Counted from the first letter of the stretch, positions 27,690-38,026 are shown. The stretch: DNA of 64,000 bases from a phage (GCA_025812035.1 GCA_025812035.1_4719.1), one strand, 5' to 3'. Numbers and translations: made by a program. The notes: generated from the letters alone by a model not told the origin.

Positions 27690-27729
27690 CCCTCCTCCCC
27701 CATCCTTCAAGAGGACGGTGGGAAGAGGG
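27690..27729 (-). terminator. C-rich/G-rich imperfect hairpin
   Basis: CCCTCCTCCCCC ... GGTGGGAAGAGGG, 3' of the gene ending 27737. Confidence 0.4.
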
Positions 27730-27736
27730 AGAGAGA

Positions 27737-28138
27737 TTAAATGTCGTGGACGGCAACGCTGTTTAACCAGCAATACAGCTTAACGCGACACGGATACCGC
27801 TTCATTGCAGCAACCATTTCATCGCGTAAACGCTGGTAGATTTCATCCTGGTGTTCACGTTCAATGGGGTAATCAGCCCAACATTCGATCATGACGTCAC
27901 CATTAGTCAGAATCGTCGTACGCATCCTGTCCTGGACACGACGATCTTTCCCAGCATTAGGGAAATACATCCCTTCAGTACGAATAAGGTCGCCGCAGGG
28001 CATGACTAACCATTCGTTCGTTTTGCCGGTATTCTTATAATCCATTACAGCTTGCATTGCGGTGTCAACGCTAAAAGAAACATAATTCCAAACGGGTGTC
28101 CAACGATAGATTGCAGGTTGTTCAAGTGTTTCGTTCAT
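27737..28138 (-). CDS. Hypothetical protein, 133 aa
   Basis: ORF flanked by C-rich/G-rich hairpins. Confidence 0.5.
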   Translation of the reverse strand: MNETLEQPAIYRWTPVWNYVSFSVDTAMQAVMDYKNTGKTNEWLVMPCGDLIRTEGMYFPNAGKDRRVQDRMRTTILTNGDVMIECWADYPIEREHQDEIYQRLRDEMVAAMKRYPCRVKLYCWLNSVAVHDI

Positions 28139-28193
28139 GAGGCGCTTTTCCTATTTTTTATTTTCTGCACAGGATAAATTCAACGGCATAAAG

Positions 28194-28225
28194 CCCTTCC
28201 CTGCCCTTATATGGGGCGGGAAGAG
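28194..28225 (-). terminator. C-rich/G-rich hairpin
   Basis: CCCTTCCCTGCCC-TTATAT-GGGGCGGGAAG, 3' of the gene ending 28354. Confidence 0.4.
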
Positions 28226-28353
28226 TTTATGACCGCAATGAGAATCTCTCACGACAAGCTCACGACGATTATCGCATCACCCCGCGAGTGAGGGAGATCA
28301 GGATCACCTCCTACGTCGTAATGACAGCAATCCTGTTAACGCCGCCTTAGACG

Positions 28354-28992
28354 TTATGCAAAGCGACGCATGTAACCTGCCAGGTAGTTACGTGTATCGA
28401 AGTAGGCAATTTCAGGAATTGCGATATTAAGGTCGATAGCACGGATTTCAACCTGGCGACGGCTTTCATCATAGATCGCATCCATCAGACGCAGTACTGT
28501 CAGGAAAGCCATGCGGGTATGGTAGTCCAGCGGCATGTTATCGATGCCACGATACAGGTAACGATTTGCGTTGAATGCCCCTTCGCTGTTATCTTTCCAG
28601 ATCTTCAGAATATCAGCAAAGGCGGTGCGGAAAACCTCAGGATTATCCACATCCAGTAACGCACGGAAAGCAGACATTAAAGATCGCTGATGACGGATCA
28701 AGGACTGCGGCGTTTGCGGCATGGTCGGACCCATTTCTTCCGCATATTTCTGGAACGGGGCAACCAGGGTTGCGGCGCGAGAAGCAACGATAGAAATAGC
28801 AGGCGATTCATTCACCGCTGGTTTCGCAGGCTTTTCTTCAACTGCGGTTTCCTTCTTCTCAACAACGACCGTTTTCGGTTGTGCTACAACGTTGTTGGTC
28901 GGAGCAGCAGCCGCACCATTTTCCACGGCGGTCTCTACTGCTGTAATCTTTTCGTCCATTTGTGCGGAACGTTGGTCTTTATTCTTGCTCAT
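28354..28992 (-). CDS. Hypothetical protein, 212 aa, low-complexity Ala/Val/Lys/Glu-rich N-terminus
   Basis: ORF; no recognisable motif. Confidence 0.55.
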   Translation of the reverse strand: MSKNKDQRSAQMDEKITAVETAVENGAAAAPTNNVVAQPKTVVVEKKETAVEEKPAKPAVNESPAISIVASRAATLVAPFQKYAEEMGPTMPQTPQSLIRHQRSLMSAFRALLDVDNPEVFRTAFADILKIWKDNSEGAFNANRYLYRGIDNMPLDYHTRMAFLTVLRLMDAIYDESRRQVEIRAIDLNIAIPEIAYFDTRNYLAGYMRRFA

Positions 28993-29017
28993 GTTTATTT
29001 CCTTTCATTTAACAAGG

Positions 29018-30319
29018 TTAACTAATATAAAGTTCAGGATCGTAAGGCGCTAACGATACACTGGCGTTATGCATTGCTTTCATCATAGTGTTCATGAAAA
29101 CGTTGTTTACACCGGTGATCTCTGCCCCGATCGCGTCTGGGGTTGGAGCCATCGCGTTACCGCAACAGGTAGCACAGTATTCCAACGGACCCGCTTTACA
29201 GCGCTGAGGATCGCGTAACTTGATGGTCTGTCCTTCCAAGGAAGCAAGTAAGTCAGCATCAATAAGTTTAAGCGCTGCACCGTCGATCATATAACGTCCG
29301 ACAAGCAGCTTATCTTTGATGTGATCACGGTTCACCGTGAACAGGATATGTTCTTGGGTACCGCAGTCGTCCATCGTGATTTTAAGGTTCTGTGTCGCAC
29401 GTTGTGATTCCTTAGCTGTTTGTCCAGCTAAAGCGGTCAACGCACCACGTGAGAACGAACCAGCACGCGCACTGTTGTTATACTCTGCCCAATGGTCGAC
29501 ACGCATCCCTTCAGCCAGGCTGTGTGTGATAACGTTACGTTTACCAGGGTCAACGAAGTCAGCTTCAACCCCCATCATGATGTGCGTTTTCTTTCGAGTA
29601 TTACCGAAACTCTTGCCAGGGTTAATATAGAACCCTTCCGACTCATCACCCTTAAAGGATTCCTTATCCATTTTGGTTAGCGTGGCCTCGAGTTTGATCA
29701 GTTCTTCAGGTGTGAACTTACCTTCTTCTTGTAGACGTGCTAACTCTTTATCACGATAGGCGATAATATCGTCATCGACCGTTAACGCTTTATCGCTCAT
29801 CGATGGAACAATTAAACGGTTGATGGCGGTTAATGCGCTGATATTGTTGGTGAATTTCTTCACCTCGCTCGCATACAACGGACCAATCGGACGTTCGTTA
29901 GGATCAGGTATCCCCTCTTCAGGATCATCCGCTACGCGTGGTGCAATCAATGATTCCAATGTACCGCTGGTCAACCGTCCCGCCTGGTATTCAATCTGAA
30001 TCCCGAAAGCGTCATAAAGGACGTACATATTGAACAACGCTTCACCGAAGGTTGTGGTGGTTGTGTTCTTAACCGACGGTAGATCACCAGGCGCAAGCTC
30101 CAACGGATCCCAGAAATTCAACAAGGGTTTTGTTGGCTCTGTTTCCCATTGATGTTCTTCACCGTCGATGGTAACCGTAACGATGTTTCCCTGACGACGT
30201 AATTTAGGCTGATACTTCTCAGCGCCACCTTCCGTAAAAGCAAATGCGTCGTTAATCCACTCAAGATAACGGTAGTGCCCTTCACGCAACGCGTAAAGGA
30301 AATAATCACGAGGTGTCAT
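29018..30319 (-). CDS. Hypothetical protein, 433 aa
   Basis: Long ORF; no recognisable motif. Confidence 0.6.
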   Translation of the reverse strand: MTPRDYFLYALREGHYRYLEWINDAFAFTEGGAEKYQPKLRRQGNIVTVTIDGEEHQWETEPTKPLLNFWDPLELAPGDLPSVKNTTTTTFGEALFNMYVLYDAFGIQIEYQAGRLTSGTLESLIAPRVADDPEEGIPDPNERPIGPLYASEVKKFTNNISALTAINRLIVPSMSDKALTVDDDIIAYRDKELARLQEEGKFTPEELIKLEATLTKMDKESFKGDESEGFYINPGKSFGNTRKKTHIMMGVEADFVDPGKRNVITHSLAEGMRVDHWAEYNNSARAGSFSRGALTALAGQTAKESQRATQNLKITMDDCGTQEHILFTVNRDHIKDKLLVGRYMIDGAALKLIDADLLASLEGQTIKLRDPQRCKAGPLEYCATCCGNAMAPTPDAIGAEITGVNNVFMNTMMKAMHNASVSLAPYDPELYIS

Positions 30320-30332
30320 GTAGTAACTCCTT

Positions 30333-31211
30333 TTAAACGTGGGTCAGGTCACCGTGACGTGAAACGAACTCTGATAACGCTCGGATTGCTTCTTTGGATT
30401 CTTCAGCCATCGGGAAGTTGACGGTAACAAGTTCTCGTAAGACAGGAATGATTTCATTGTCTTCGAGATCGGAAGCTAAGGCGAACGCGATCAGTTCTTG
30501 GGCGTATGCGTACGGTTGCTGGCGTAAAGCAGCAAGCTGATTCCGACACTGCGCTATCAGCAGGTCCAGCGGAACCGCTATCGTACCCCCTTCGTCAACA
30601 TATTGGCTGAATACCGGTGGGAATGCATCACTGATTACACGAATTCGTCTGCGAATGCGATCAGGGATCTGGATGTTTTCTTCATCGGCTACGTTTTCGC
30701 TATCTTTCTCCAGCTTCTTGGTCAGCACCTGCTGGATGCGTGGAAGCAGACTTGAATGCACGAAACTGATCAATGGGGTTACGTTAACAGCGTCGACGCC
30801 GTAAATATGTCGTGCGCATTCTGCTAACGCTTCAGCTGCGGTGTAGTCTTCGTCTTCAACGATAGCGAGTAGAAAATCGGTATCGTCATGTGTTTCCAGG
30901 TCTAATAACGTAGACGCTAACGCATGAAGATACTTCAGGCTATCCAGAGATAGTTGCCCTTCGTTAACTCGGATCCCGAAGGCAAGCAATTGTTGTTTAT
31001 AAAGTTCGATACACCCGTTTGTTAAAATGACATCTAATTCGTTTAAATCGTACTGTTCTCCAGCACCTGACAACATTGTACTACAAAACGTTTCCAGTTG
31101 CTCGCATTTAAAATCTTGGTATAAACGATACATGCAGTGCTGTAACAGCGTACGCCTTGTTTCAGGGATTTTACCTTCTAACAAAGCCAAGACGGAATCA
31201 ATCATATCCAC
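30333..31211 (-). CDS. Hypothetical protein, 292 aa
   Basis: Long ORF; first gene of a minus-strand run, divergent from the plus-strand island starting at 31302. Confidence 0.6.
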   Translation of the reverse strand: MDMIDSVLALLEGKIPETRRTLLQHCMYRLYQDFKCEQLETFCSTMLSGAGEQYDLNELDVILTNGCIELYKQQLLAFGIRVNEGQLSLDSLKYLHALASTLLDLETHDDTDFLLAIVEDEDYTAAEALAECARHIYGVDAVNVTPLISFVHSSLLPRIQQVLTKKLEKDSENVADEENIQIPDRIRRRIRVISDAFPPVFSQYVDEGGTIAVPLDLLIAQCRNQLAALRQQPYAYAQELIAFALASDLEDNEIIPVLRELVTVNFPMAEESKEAIRALSEFVSRHGDLTHV

Positions 31212-31301
31212 TCCGATGCGGTAAATGTCTACTAGCTCTCATAATCTATTGAAGAAACTACCGGCTGACGCCAACTTAGATCAATCAGGAGTAACCATCC
31301 C

Positions 31302-31775
31302 ATGCCAGTTTCATCCAAACCAAGAAAAAAATCAGTAGGAAAACCTAAAGCTCAGGAAACAACAGCAATTCGTTGGGACGAGTTACGCGAACCTATCGAA
31401 AACTGCGAATTGTTATTGAGCACCCTGGGTGCGGCTATTTACCAAGCAACGCAACCCTGCCGTTTACGATTAACCCAAAACAAGCGCGATGAGTTCGTTG
31501 CGTTATCAACAAGCACGAATAAAGATCTTACCGAACTTCAAACCGAATTGACGACGATCAAGAACTCCGTCACGCCGATGTACGGTAAAGAAGTTGATGA
31601 ACAAAGTATTCTGTTACAGTACAACTACGGGATGTCGTTAATGAACATCCTGGAACGCGCATCCGATATTCTACGTCCTGACGTCGCACGCCTGAGTCAA
31701 CTGCGTGTTGAAGGGATGGAGAACCAGATCCGATTCGCTAACAGTGTTAAATCTCAAGGAGCCACCGAAGCATGA
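31302..31775 (+). CDS. Hypothetical protein, 157 aa, basic N-terminus
   Basis: ATG after AGGAG; ATGA overlap with the next gene. Confidence 0.55.
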   Translation: MPVSSKPRKKSVGKPKAQETTAIRWDELREPIENCELLLSTLGAAIYQATQPCRLRLTQNKRDEFVALSTSTNKDLTELQTELTTIKNSVTPMYGKEVDEQSILLQYNYGMSLMNILERASDILRPDVARLSQLRVEGMENQIRFANSVKSQGATEA

Positions 31776-33418
31776 GCGAACAAGAAAAAGAAATTGTGAC
31801 GAGCCAGGAAGATAAGGTTGAGGTAACGGCTCAACCTGTTCATGAAGGTAATACTTCTACGCAGCAGGAAAGTAAAGAAGTTGCTGACGCTCCAGAAGCA
31901 ACCCATGAAGAAGAACCGTCACATCCGCCGCTGATCGATTTCTCAAAAGCAACGATACGTTTCCAGTGCGAAGATATTCGCCCTAAGAGCCCAAAGAAAA
32001 CGAAACGTCAACCGCTGCTATTACCGCTCTATTCTCCGCGTGTGCAGACGGAGTACTACGACGAGTATATTAACACAATTTTAGAGACTGTTCACGCTAT
32101 TGTCTCGAATCGTCAGAAACCGTCAGAAGAGCAATTAGAGCAGTTTAATAAAGCCGCAATACAAACAGCCGCTGAGCAGGAATACCGCCCGAATGGTCAA
32201 GCTCACGATCGAGCGCTGGAACGTAAGGGCAGTCAGTGGACCAACGTACCCGTAGACTCATCCGGCGTTGGTCGCGTTATTCCCGGCATTCCACAACCGA
32301 ACCATATTCCTGATGATGTTGAAGCACCACTGACAGGAACGGACGCGATCTATTTCGCTATCCGTAATACGAAATCAGGTGCACCTGCGGTAATGCCGTT
32401 ATGGCACAGCGGTATTAAGCTACAATTCAATCCACCGTCGAATGAACGTGTTGCGATTATGCATGAGCGTATTGCGCGCGATAAAATCCTGGGTGGGCGT
32501 GATAGTGCGGGGTTCCTGTTTTCGGCAACGTCGATTATCACCATGAAGCATGCGATCGAATTAGCATTAGAATGCTGTTACATGGCCAACGTGCCGAATC
32601 TGGACATTCAACGCCTGAAGGACATTATTCCGGTTACCGATGTTCCAGCGTTACTGTTAAACGTGTTGGTAACCATGTATCCGTACGGTTATCCTTACGT
32701 ACAAACCTGTTATCAGAATCCAGAAACATGCGATTATCGTGTTGAAGATATCGTAAGCTTTGCGAAGCTTTATCAAGTTGACAACAGCGCAATTACCAAA
32801 CGTATGCGACAGATCATGACCGAAGGTCCGGTCATGACAGATGAACTTTTGCGTGAGTATGCGAACGAGTTAGGTGAAACCAACTCCCGTACGCTGGATC
32901 TGTCCGACAACGGTTCTGTTATCATCGAACTTGAAGTACCGAAGATCTCACGACAAATCGCCATGGGTGAACGCTGGTTAAGCGATACACTGGAAGATCT
33001 ACGTGATATTCTGTCACGTCCGTCAATGACCGAAGAAGAGCGCGATCGTGTTATTCGTGAACGTCAGTTCTATAGCTGGATGCGCCAGTATGACGCGTGG
33101 ATCAAATCGATGCATGTGTCGGTAAACGGTACCATGCGTCGTGTAAGTGATGCGGATACGGCAACGGTATTAGCACAGCTTTCACGTGACAGCGACCTTC
33201 GTGAGCGCTATATTGACGGACTGATGCAATTCATCGGTGATTCAACCATTGCGCTTGCGGCAATGCCTGCCTGGAAATGTCCGAAATGCAATGCTGATAC
33301 CGCCGATAATCTACGCGACCAGAAATACTACGACCTGATTGCTTTGGATGTACCCCAGCTTTTTTTTACCCTAAACTCCGTCCAATCTCTGCGGGAGGGG
33401 ATGGACGCGGTATTCTAA
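31772..33418 (+). CDS. Hypothetical protein, 548 aa
   Basis: Long ORF; C-terminal CPKC pair; ends just after an 8-T run (~33360-33367) beyond which the -1 frame stays open into the next ORF. Confidence 0.6.
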   Translation: MSEQEKEIVTSQEDKVEVTAQPVHEGNTSTQQESKEVADAPEATHEEEPSHPPLIDFSKATIRFQCEDIRPKSPKKTKRQPLLLPLYSPRVQTEYYDEYINTILETVHAIVSNRQKPSEEQLEQFNKAAIQTAAEQEYRPNGQAHDRALERKGSQWTNVPVDSSGVGRVIPGIPQPNHIPDDVEAPLTGTDAIYFAIRNTKSGAPAVMPLWHSGIKLQFNPPSNERVAIMHERIARDKILGGRDSAGFLFSATSIITMKHAIELALECCYMANVPNLDIQRLKDIIPVTDVPALLLNVLVTMYPYGYPYVQTCYQNPETCDYRVEDIVSFAKLYQVDNSAITKRMRQIMTEGPVMTDELLREYANELGETNSRTLDLSDNGSVIIELEVPKISRQIAMGERWLSDTLEDLRDILSRPSMTEEERDRVIRERQFYSWMRQYDAWIKSMHVSVNGTMRRVSDADTATVLAQLSRDSDLRERYIDGLMQFIGDSTIALAAMPAWKCPKCNADTADNLRDQKYYDLIALDVPQLFFTLNSVQSLREGMDAVF

Positions 33419-33510
33419 TCGATCCGCGATATGGGTTACATGGCGGGCAACTTGTTCGTGACGATGAAAAAATCTGGCAGCTACTGTTAGCGCGTAAAGG
33501 CGACGGCGGC

Positions 33511-33840
33511 ATGAAGCTGAACATCGAAATGGGTATTGCGTACGATACCATGTTCGGTTTGTATGACCGCGTTAACGACTGGACACCGTTGAAATGGGTT
33601 GCCCAGCATCCTGCTGAAGACCCATGGGACAGATTAGGGATTAAACCCTTAATCGAGGATTACGTACGATTCGGTATTAAAGAGTTCATGTCGCTCGACG
33701 CATTTTTAAAAGCACCGTATCCTTATGCGCAAACGGTACTCAAGATCGCACAAGACGAGCTGCGGAAACGCAGTGCTGTATTGGACGACGATGAGGACAA
33801 GTTACGACGAGAAGAAGAACGTTTACGAAACGGAAGATAA
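33511..33840 (+). CDS. Hypothetical protein, 109 aa (possibly the downstream part of a frameshifted product)
   Basis: ORF; its frame is open upstream to ~33310, overlapping the 3' end of the 548-aa gene. Confidence 0.45.
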   Translation: MKLNIEMGIAYDTMFGLYDRVNDWTPLKWVAQHPAEDPWDRLGIKPLIEDYVRFGIKEFMSLDAFLKAPYPYAQTVLKIAQDELRKRSAVLDDDEDKLRREEERLRNGR

Positions 33841-33841
33841 A

Positions 33842-34351
33842 ATGGCGAGATTTACCAGTTTGATTGGGTTGGACATTTGGGAGACACCTGCTGACGTTAG
33901 GGTTATTCCCGTTAACACTGTCGGTGTGATGGGACGTGGTCTTGCGAAGCAGGCAGCCGAGCGTGTGCCCGGTCTTCTTGAAGCGTACCGTAAGCACTGC
34001 TCTGATGGATTTAAGGTGGGCGAAGTCGTATCGTATCAGCACGGCGAGAACGATCAGCTCACCTACGTACTGTTTCCATCGAAATCGGATTGGCGTGAAA
34101 AAACACGACGCGAGTATATCGTTAGCGGCTTACTGGCGTTAAAGGCGTGGTTATTGGAGCTTCAGTTCGAAAGAGATGGCTTCTCATACCGGAGTCCGGC
34201 TGAACCGTTGATCGTAGCGATTCCTCCTGTTGGTTCTGGTTGCGGTAATATCGGTTACGGGCAATCCGAAACAATCCAGCCTCAATGGGTACGCGCACAA
34301 ATCAAACAGTATCTTGCCACCGTACCGAACGTTCATTTCTACTTGTTCTAA
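33842..34351 (+). CDS. Macro-domain-like protein (ADP-ribose binding/processing fold), ~169 aa
   Basis: ORF track 33725..34351; start at MARFTSL after GGAAG and the upstream stop. VIPVNTVGVMGRGLAKQAAERVPG and IAIPPVGSGCGNIGYG resemble the two conserved macro-domain loops. Confidence 0.5.
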   Translation: MARFTSLIGLDIWETPADVRVIPVNTVGVMGRGLAKQAAERVPGLLEAYRKHCSDGFKVGEVVSYQHGENDQLTYVLFPSKSDWREKTRREYIVSGLLALKAWLLELQFERDGFSYRSPAEPLIVAIPPVGSGCGNIGYGQSETIQPQWVRAQIKQYLATVPNVHFYLF

Positions 34352-34367
34352 CGCAAAGGTAACATAA

Positions 34368-34399
34368 CCCTCCTCCAACCCGTAAGGGAAGGAGGAGGG
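34368..34399. terminator. GNRA-loop hairpin, family copy 4, between convergent genes
   Basis: Identical core to copy 3, between the plus macro-domain gene (ends 34351) and the minus gene ending 34417. Confidence 0.65.
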
Positions 34400-34416
34400 A
34401 ATATGCTGTTATGTTA

Positions 34417-34791
34417 TTAATGTTCGTTCCAAATGGCATCTTCCGGTGGGACGATAGGATCTTTCTTCGGCATTGACGGCACTTCATGACGATGCTTACG
34501 GAATTGCCTATCAATAACCTCACGAAGCCGGTACGCGTCAACCCACGTTGATTTATTGAATAACTCCAACGTCACGGTTAATCGCGTTCTTGACATTGAA
34601 TAGCTTTTCTTTGCAATCAAATCGGGATAATTCAGTTGAGCGAACCAGGCACGTATTTGCGCTTCGGTAAAAGCGATGCTGTAATAACTGAGTTTACCAT
34701 CATTAAAATCGTGCGCGTGGGTGTAACGTCCCGCATAACGCCAGACAAGATGCACATTCAGATCGATCCATGGTGGGGTGGTATCAGCCAT
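34417..34791 (-). CDS. Hypothetical protein, 124 aa
   Basis: ORF ending at the bidirectional hairpin ~34368-34399. Confidence 0.5.
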   Translation of the reverse strand: MADTTPPWIDLNVHLVWRYAGRYTHAHDFNDGKLSYYSIAFTEAQIRAWFAQLNYPDLIAKKSYSMSRTRLTVTLELFNKSTWVDAYRLREVIDRQFRKHRHEVPSMPKKDPIVPPEDAIWNEH

Positions 34792-34800
34792 GTGTTACCC

Positions 34801-35370
34801 TCAACGATTCTTCATCACTTTACCCAGGCTTTCGATATTATCCCAAAAGCGATTTTTACTTGGTGCGTCGCCAACGATAACCGACATCAAATCACGACGT
34901 TCGCGACTGATGATACCCTGCGATTTCCAGATCACCATCGTCCAACATGCAGCCAGAACGAACAGATGGTTAATACTCGGTTTGGTTTGTGCGATGAACG
35001 CAAGCCATGCCCAGATACCGGTGTATACTATCGTCACTAAAAAGAGAGAGATTGTTGCAACGACAACAACGAAGTTTTGGATGGCTGGCTGATTGGCATT
35101 ATCCTGAAAAGCGGTAAGATCGGGAAGATTACCTTCAACGGAACTCGTTTCATCGATTTCCAAGTCTTCGATTTCTTTTCGTGTGTCAGGAGCTAATCCA
35201 GCATCATCAAGATGCTTCTTTAACCGCTGAATACTTAATCGCTGACCAACAGGAATGCTGATGTTGTCGTAACTATTAAGCGCATCAACCAGGGAACGTC
35301 CGTCAACGAGAACCAAGCTCGCAGTACCCATCGTCTGCGGTTTTATTTTGTAAAGGTCTTTTACTTTCAT
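34801..35370 (-). CDS. Hypothetical membrane protein, 189 aa
   Basis: Two or three hydrophobic helices (VVVATISLFLVTIVYTGIWAWLAFIA, LFVLAACWTMVIW). Confidence 0.55.
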   Translation of the reverse strand: MKVKDLYKIKPQTMGTASLVLVDGRSLVDALNSYDNISIPVGQRLSIQRLKKHLDDAGLAPDTRKEIEDLEIDETSSVEGNLPDLTAFQDNANQPAIQNFVVVVATISLFLVTIVYTGIWAWLAFIAQTKPSINHLFVLAACWTMVIWKSQGIISRERRDLMSVIVGDAPSKNRFWDNIESLGKVMKNR

Positions 35371-35391
35371 GTAGACACCACCTCCAACGTG

Positions 35392-38004
35392 TTATGCGTC
35401 CGGCGTAAAATCAAAAGGAACGTCCGTACGAATGATATCATAGCGTTTTCCTAAGAAATAGAACTCCTCGGGGACCTGACCGGGAACAATACTATCGCCG
35501 ATGAACTGCGGATATGCCCAGATGTACTGAGTGAGTCCTTCGAACATATCCAGGTTATTTGCGTGGTTACCCATGATACGTTTCCAAAGTTCGCGTTTAT
35601 ACGGTGTTTTAACATCGAACCCATAAAGCGGTGCAAGATCCACACCAGGCACAAATCCCAGGTAGTAGTGGATCTGACTGACCGGGAAACCAAGCGTATC
35701 TCGCGGAATGGTGATCGCTTGCTCAGCCTTGGTGACATGCGTCTCAATAATCCAGTCGTAGCACTCCGAATAGAACCGATCGAATTTCTCTGGATTATAC
35801 CACGCTTTGGGAAGATTCAATTTCTCCGTAAAATCGTTCGACATGATCGTCGGCAAGAAAGGAAGTATGCCCGTCTTTATTTGCGTGTATTTTGATTTTA
35901 CGCGATTTACCAGATTCCAACAAGCATAACCGAGCTGATCGTTACAGAACTCAACGTACAGATCGTAATCCCCTCCCGATAATGGATTATTAATATCACC
36001 GATATCAGCTGCGTATTTGTTGGGGTATCGTGTATTAAATGCCAGTTTGGTTTGGTAATCGTAAATGCACGGTTTATTGTTCTTCGTGTTAATCCACCAC
36101 CATGGCTCACCTACCTGCACGCAAATGTCCTGGACATGAGGATAGATAATATCAGCAAATGCTGTTAACACATCCCCTAACCACGCCATCGCATGTTGGT
36201 TACATGGAGACAACAACCAAGACGGTGGCGTATATCCGGTTGCTGCTATGTTTCCTTCCCAATCCTGCTGCGCCCACTCGAATGGACACGCTGTACTCAT
36301 CAATTCGTAACTTAAACTGATGGTGACAGAGAAATGGTGTTTTGCGGCGTATGCAGCAAAGGCTTCATGCCATGCAATACAGGGTGGATTTAGTACATCT
36401 GTGGTGTTCACCAGTAACTTACCCGCACTTGGTGTCCAGACAGTATCGTAGAAATGCGACATTCCGACATAGTGCACTAATTCATCCTGATAACCCGCAT
36501 ACACCAGGTTTTCAAATACACGCTCTGGCGTGATGTTGTAATGGTCATCATAAGCGGTTATTGCACGAAGCTCATGCGGTGTGCAACGGTGACGATTAAC
36601 CGTCATTTCCTGGTACACCCCATCGATAGGAAGAATCTCGATGGTTAAACCAAGATCGATCGGCGTTTCCAGATAGGTCGTTTCTGTAGCACCTTCTTTA
36701 TAATGTCGAGAACTCATGCTGAACATCAACGATGTTACCGATTCAAGTTCGATGGGTTCGTCAGCATAGAACCCCGCCATCGCATCGTTGAAATCGATCG
36801 TCACGGTCGCACTCGTACCGTCTTTAGAAACGTCGGTTGCATATCGGGTTAATGAGATATACTGGCGACTATCGTCTTTGTGAACGACGGTTAAAACCGG
36901 TGGGTTTTCAGTATCAGCAAAATTACGCTGGTCGCCAGTAAACGTGATCTTCGCTTTAAAGATCAAACCGAATAACGACGTCATGGGGGCATACGCAACG
37001 CAACCATGATCCAGTGTATCCGTTGTTCGCCATTCTATCCCGACCAACCCGTTAGCGGTATGACATCGCATATACGCGTTAAGTACCATGTCTTCACTGA
37101 CAACCGCGAAGTTCTCTGTTGACTGACCGTTGATAATCCAATACATCGGTTGCCAAAGATTACGAGTACCTTTTGCATAGCGGTAGGTTGGCGCGCCTTT
37201 TGGGTTGCCGTTATTAAGATGGAATACAGCAGTACCTTGGTAGTGATCGTTCGTATTAATCGGAACGCTGTAAGCGTCACCGATATCCGTACGTTCGACC
37301 TTAGCGACTGTTGCGTTTTCAAACAGTCCACGTAGCGTAGGAAGACCAATATCTTCAGGCGCGTTTTCTCGACGAATCGCATCCGCGATGCGATGGGCTA
37401 AGGCGGGGTAAATGACTTCACCTTGTTGCAGGTTCGCAAGCCCTGCGAAACGATCGGGGTCGATGCCAGCAATCAATAACTCGACATCACCCTTCGTTCT
37501 ATCGTCGCGGAGGTATTTCAGTCCAGTAAGATCGAGATGTCGAATTAACGACAACAGATCGTACTTACGGTTTTCAACAGTCAGTTCGAGATCACCTGCC
37601 CAAACCAAACTTCCCTCATCCGCCGCTACTCTAACGGATTGTCGGCCTGTGGTAGATGTTGTTGTCGTTTTATTTAATTGCTCTTGTAGGAAGTCGGTTG
37701 CGAGGTCAAAGGCAACGCCGTAACGGTCAGCGACGGCTTGCATGATTTCACGTAACTGGGTATCTTCTTCAATGATAATCTTGACAGGTATTCCCAAGAA
37801 CGCTTTAGTGAGGTCCCGCTTAACCATCGAGACGAATACGGATTTGTAATACCGGCTTCCATCTTTCCCTTTAAAAAGAATGGAAGTTGTTTCGGGTGAC
37901 GATAGAACACGTGCAAATTCAACATCGTCGAATGTAAGAGAAAGTCCGTTTTTCTCGTTGGTTAATCTTAATATTTCATTTTGCGCGGTTTCATGTAACT
38001 TCAT
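35392..38004 (-). CDS. Putative tail fibre / receptor-binding protein, 870 aa
   Basis: N-terminal ~100 aa (KRDLTKAFLGIPVKIIIEED...YGVAFDLATDFL) shared with the 44028 and 44712 proteins; unique long C-terminus; sits in the fibre cluster. Confidence 0.55.
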   Translation of the reverse strand: MKLHETAQNEILRLTNEKNGLSLTFDDVEFARVLSSPETTSILFKGKDGSRYYKSVFVSMVKRDLTKAFLGIPVKIIIEEDTQLREIMQAVADRYGVAFDLATDFLQEQLNKTTTTSTTGRQSVRVAADEGSLVWAGDLELTVENRKYDLLSLIRHLDLTGLKYLRDDRTKGDVELLIAGIDPDRFAGLANLQQGEVIYPALAHRIADAIRRENAPEDIGLPTLRGLFENATVAKVERTDIGDAYSVPINTNDHYQGTAVFHLNNGNPKGAPTYRYAKGTRNLWQPMYWIINGQSTENFAVVSEDMVLNAYMRCHTANGLVGIEWRTTDTLDHGCVAYAPMTSLFGLIFKAKITFTGDQRNFADTENPPVLTVVHKDDSRQYISLTRYATDVSKDGTSATVTIDFNDAMAGFYADEPIELESVTSLMFSMSSRHYKEGATETTYLETPIDLGLTIEILPIDGVYQEMTVNRHRCTPHELRAITAYDDHYNITPERVFENLVYAGYQDELVHYVGMSHFYDTVWTPSAGKLLVNTTDVLNPPCIAWHEAFAAYAAKHHFSVTISLSYELMSTACPFEWAQQDWEGNIAATGYTPPSWLLSPCNQHAMAWLGDVLTAFADIIYPHVQDICVQVGEPWWWINTKNNKPCIYDYQTKLAFNTRYPNKYAADIGDINNPLSGGDYDLYVEFCNDQLGYACWNLVNRVKSKYTQIKTGILPFLPTIMSNDFTEKLNLPKAWYNPEKFDRFYSECYDWIIETHVTKAEQAITIPRDTLGFPVSQIHYYLGFVPGVDLAPLYGFDVKTPYKRELWKRIMGNHANNLDMFEGLTQYIWAYPQFIGDSIVPGQVPEEFYFLGKRYDIIRTDVPFDFTPDA

Positions 38005-38026
38005 TGAAAACCTCAGCCTTTTAGAA

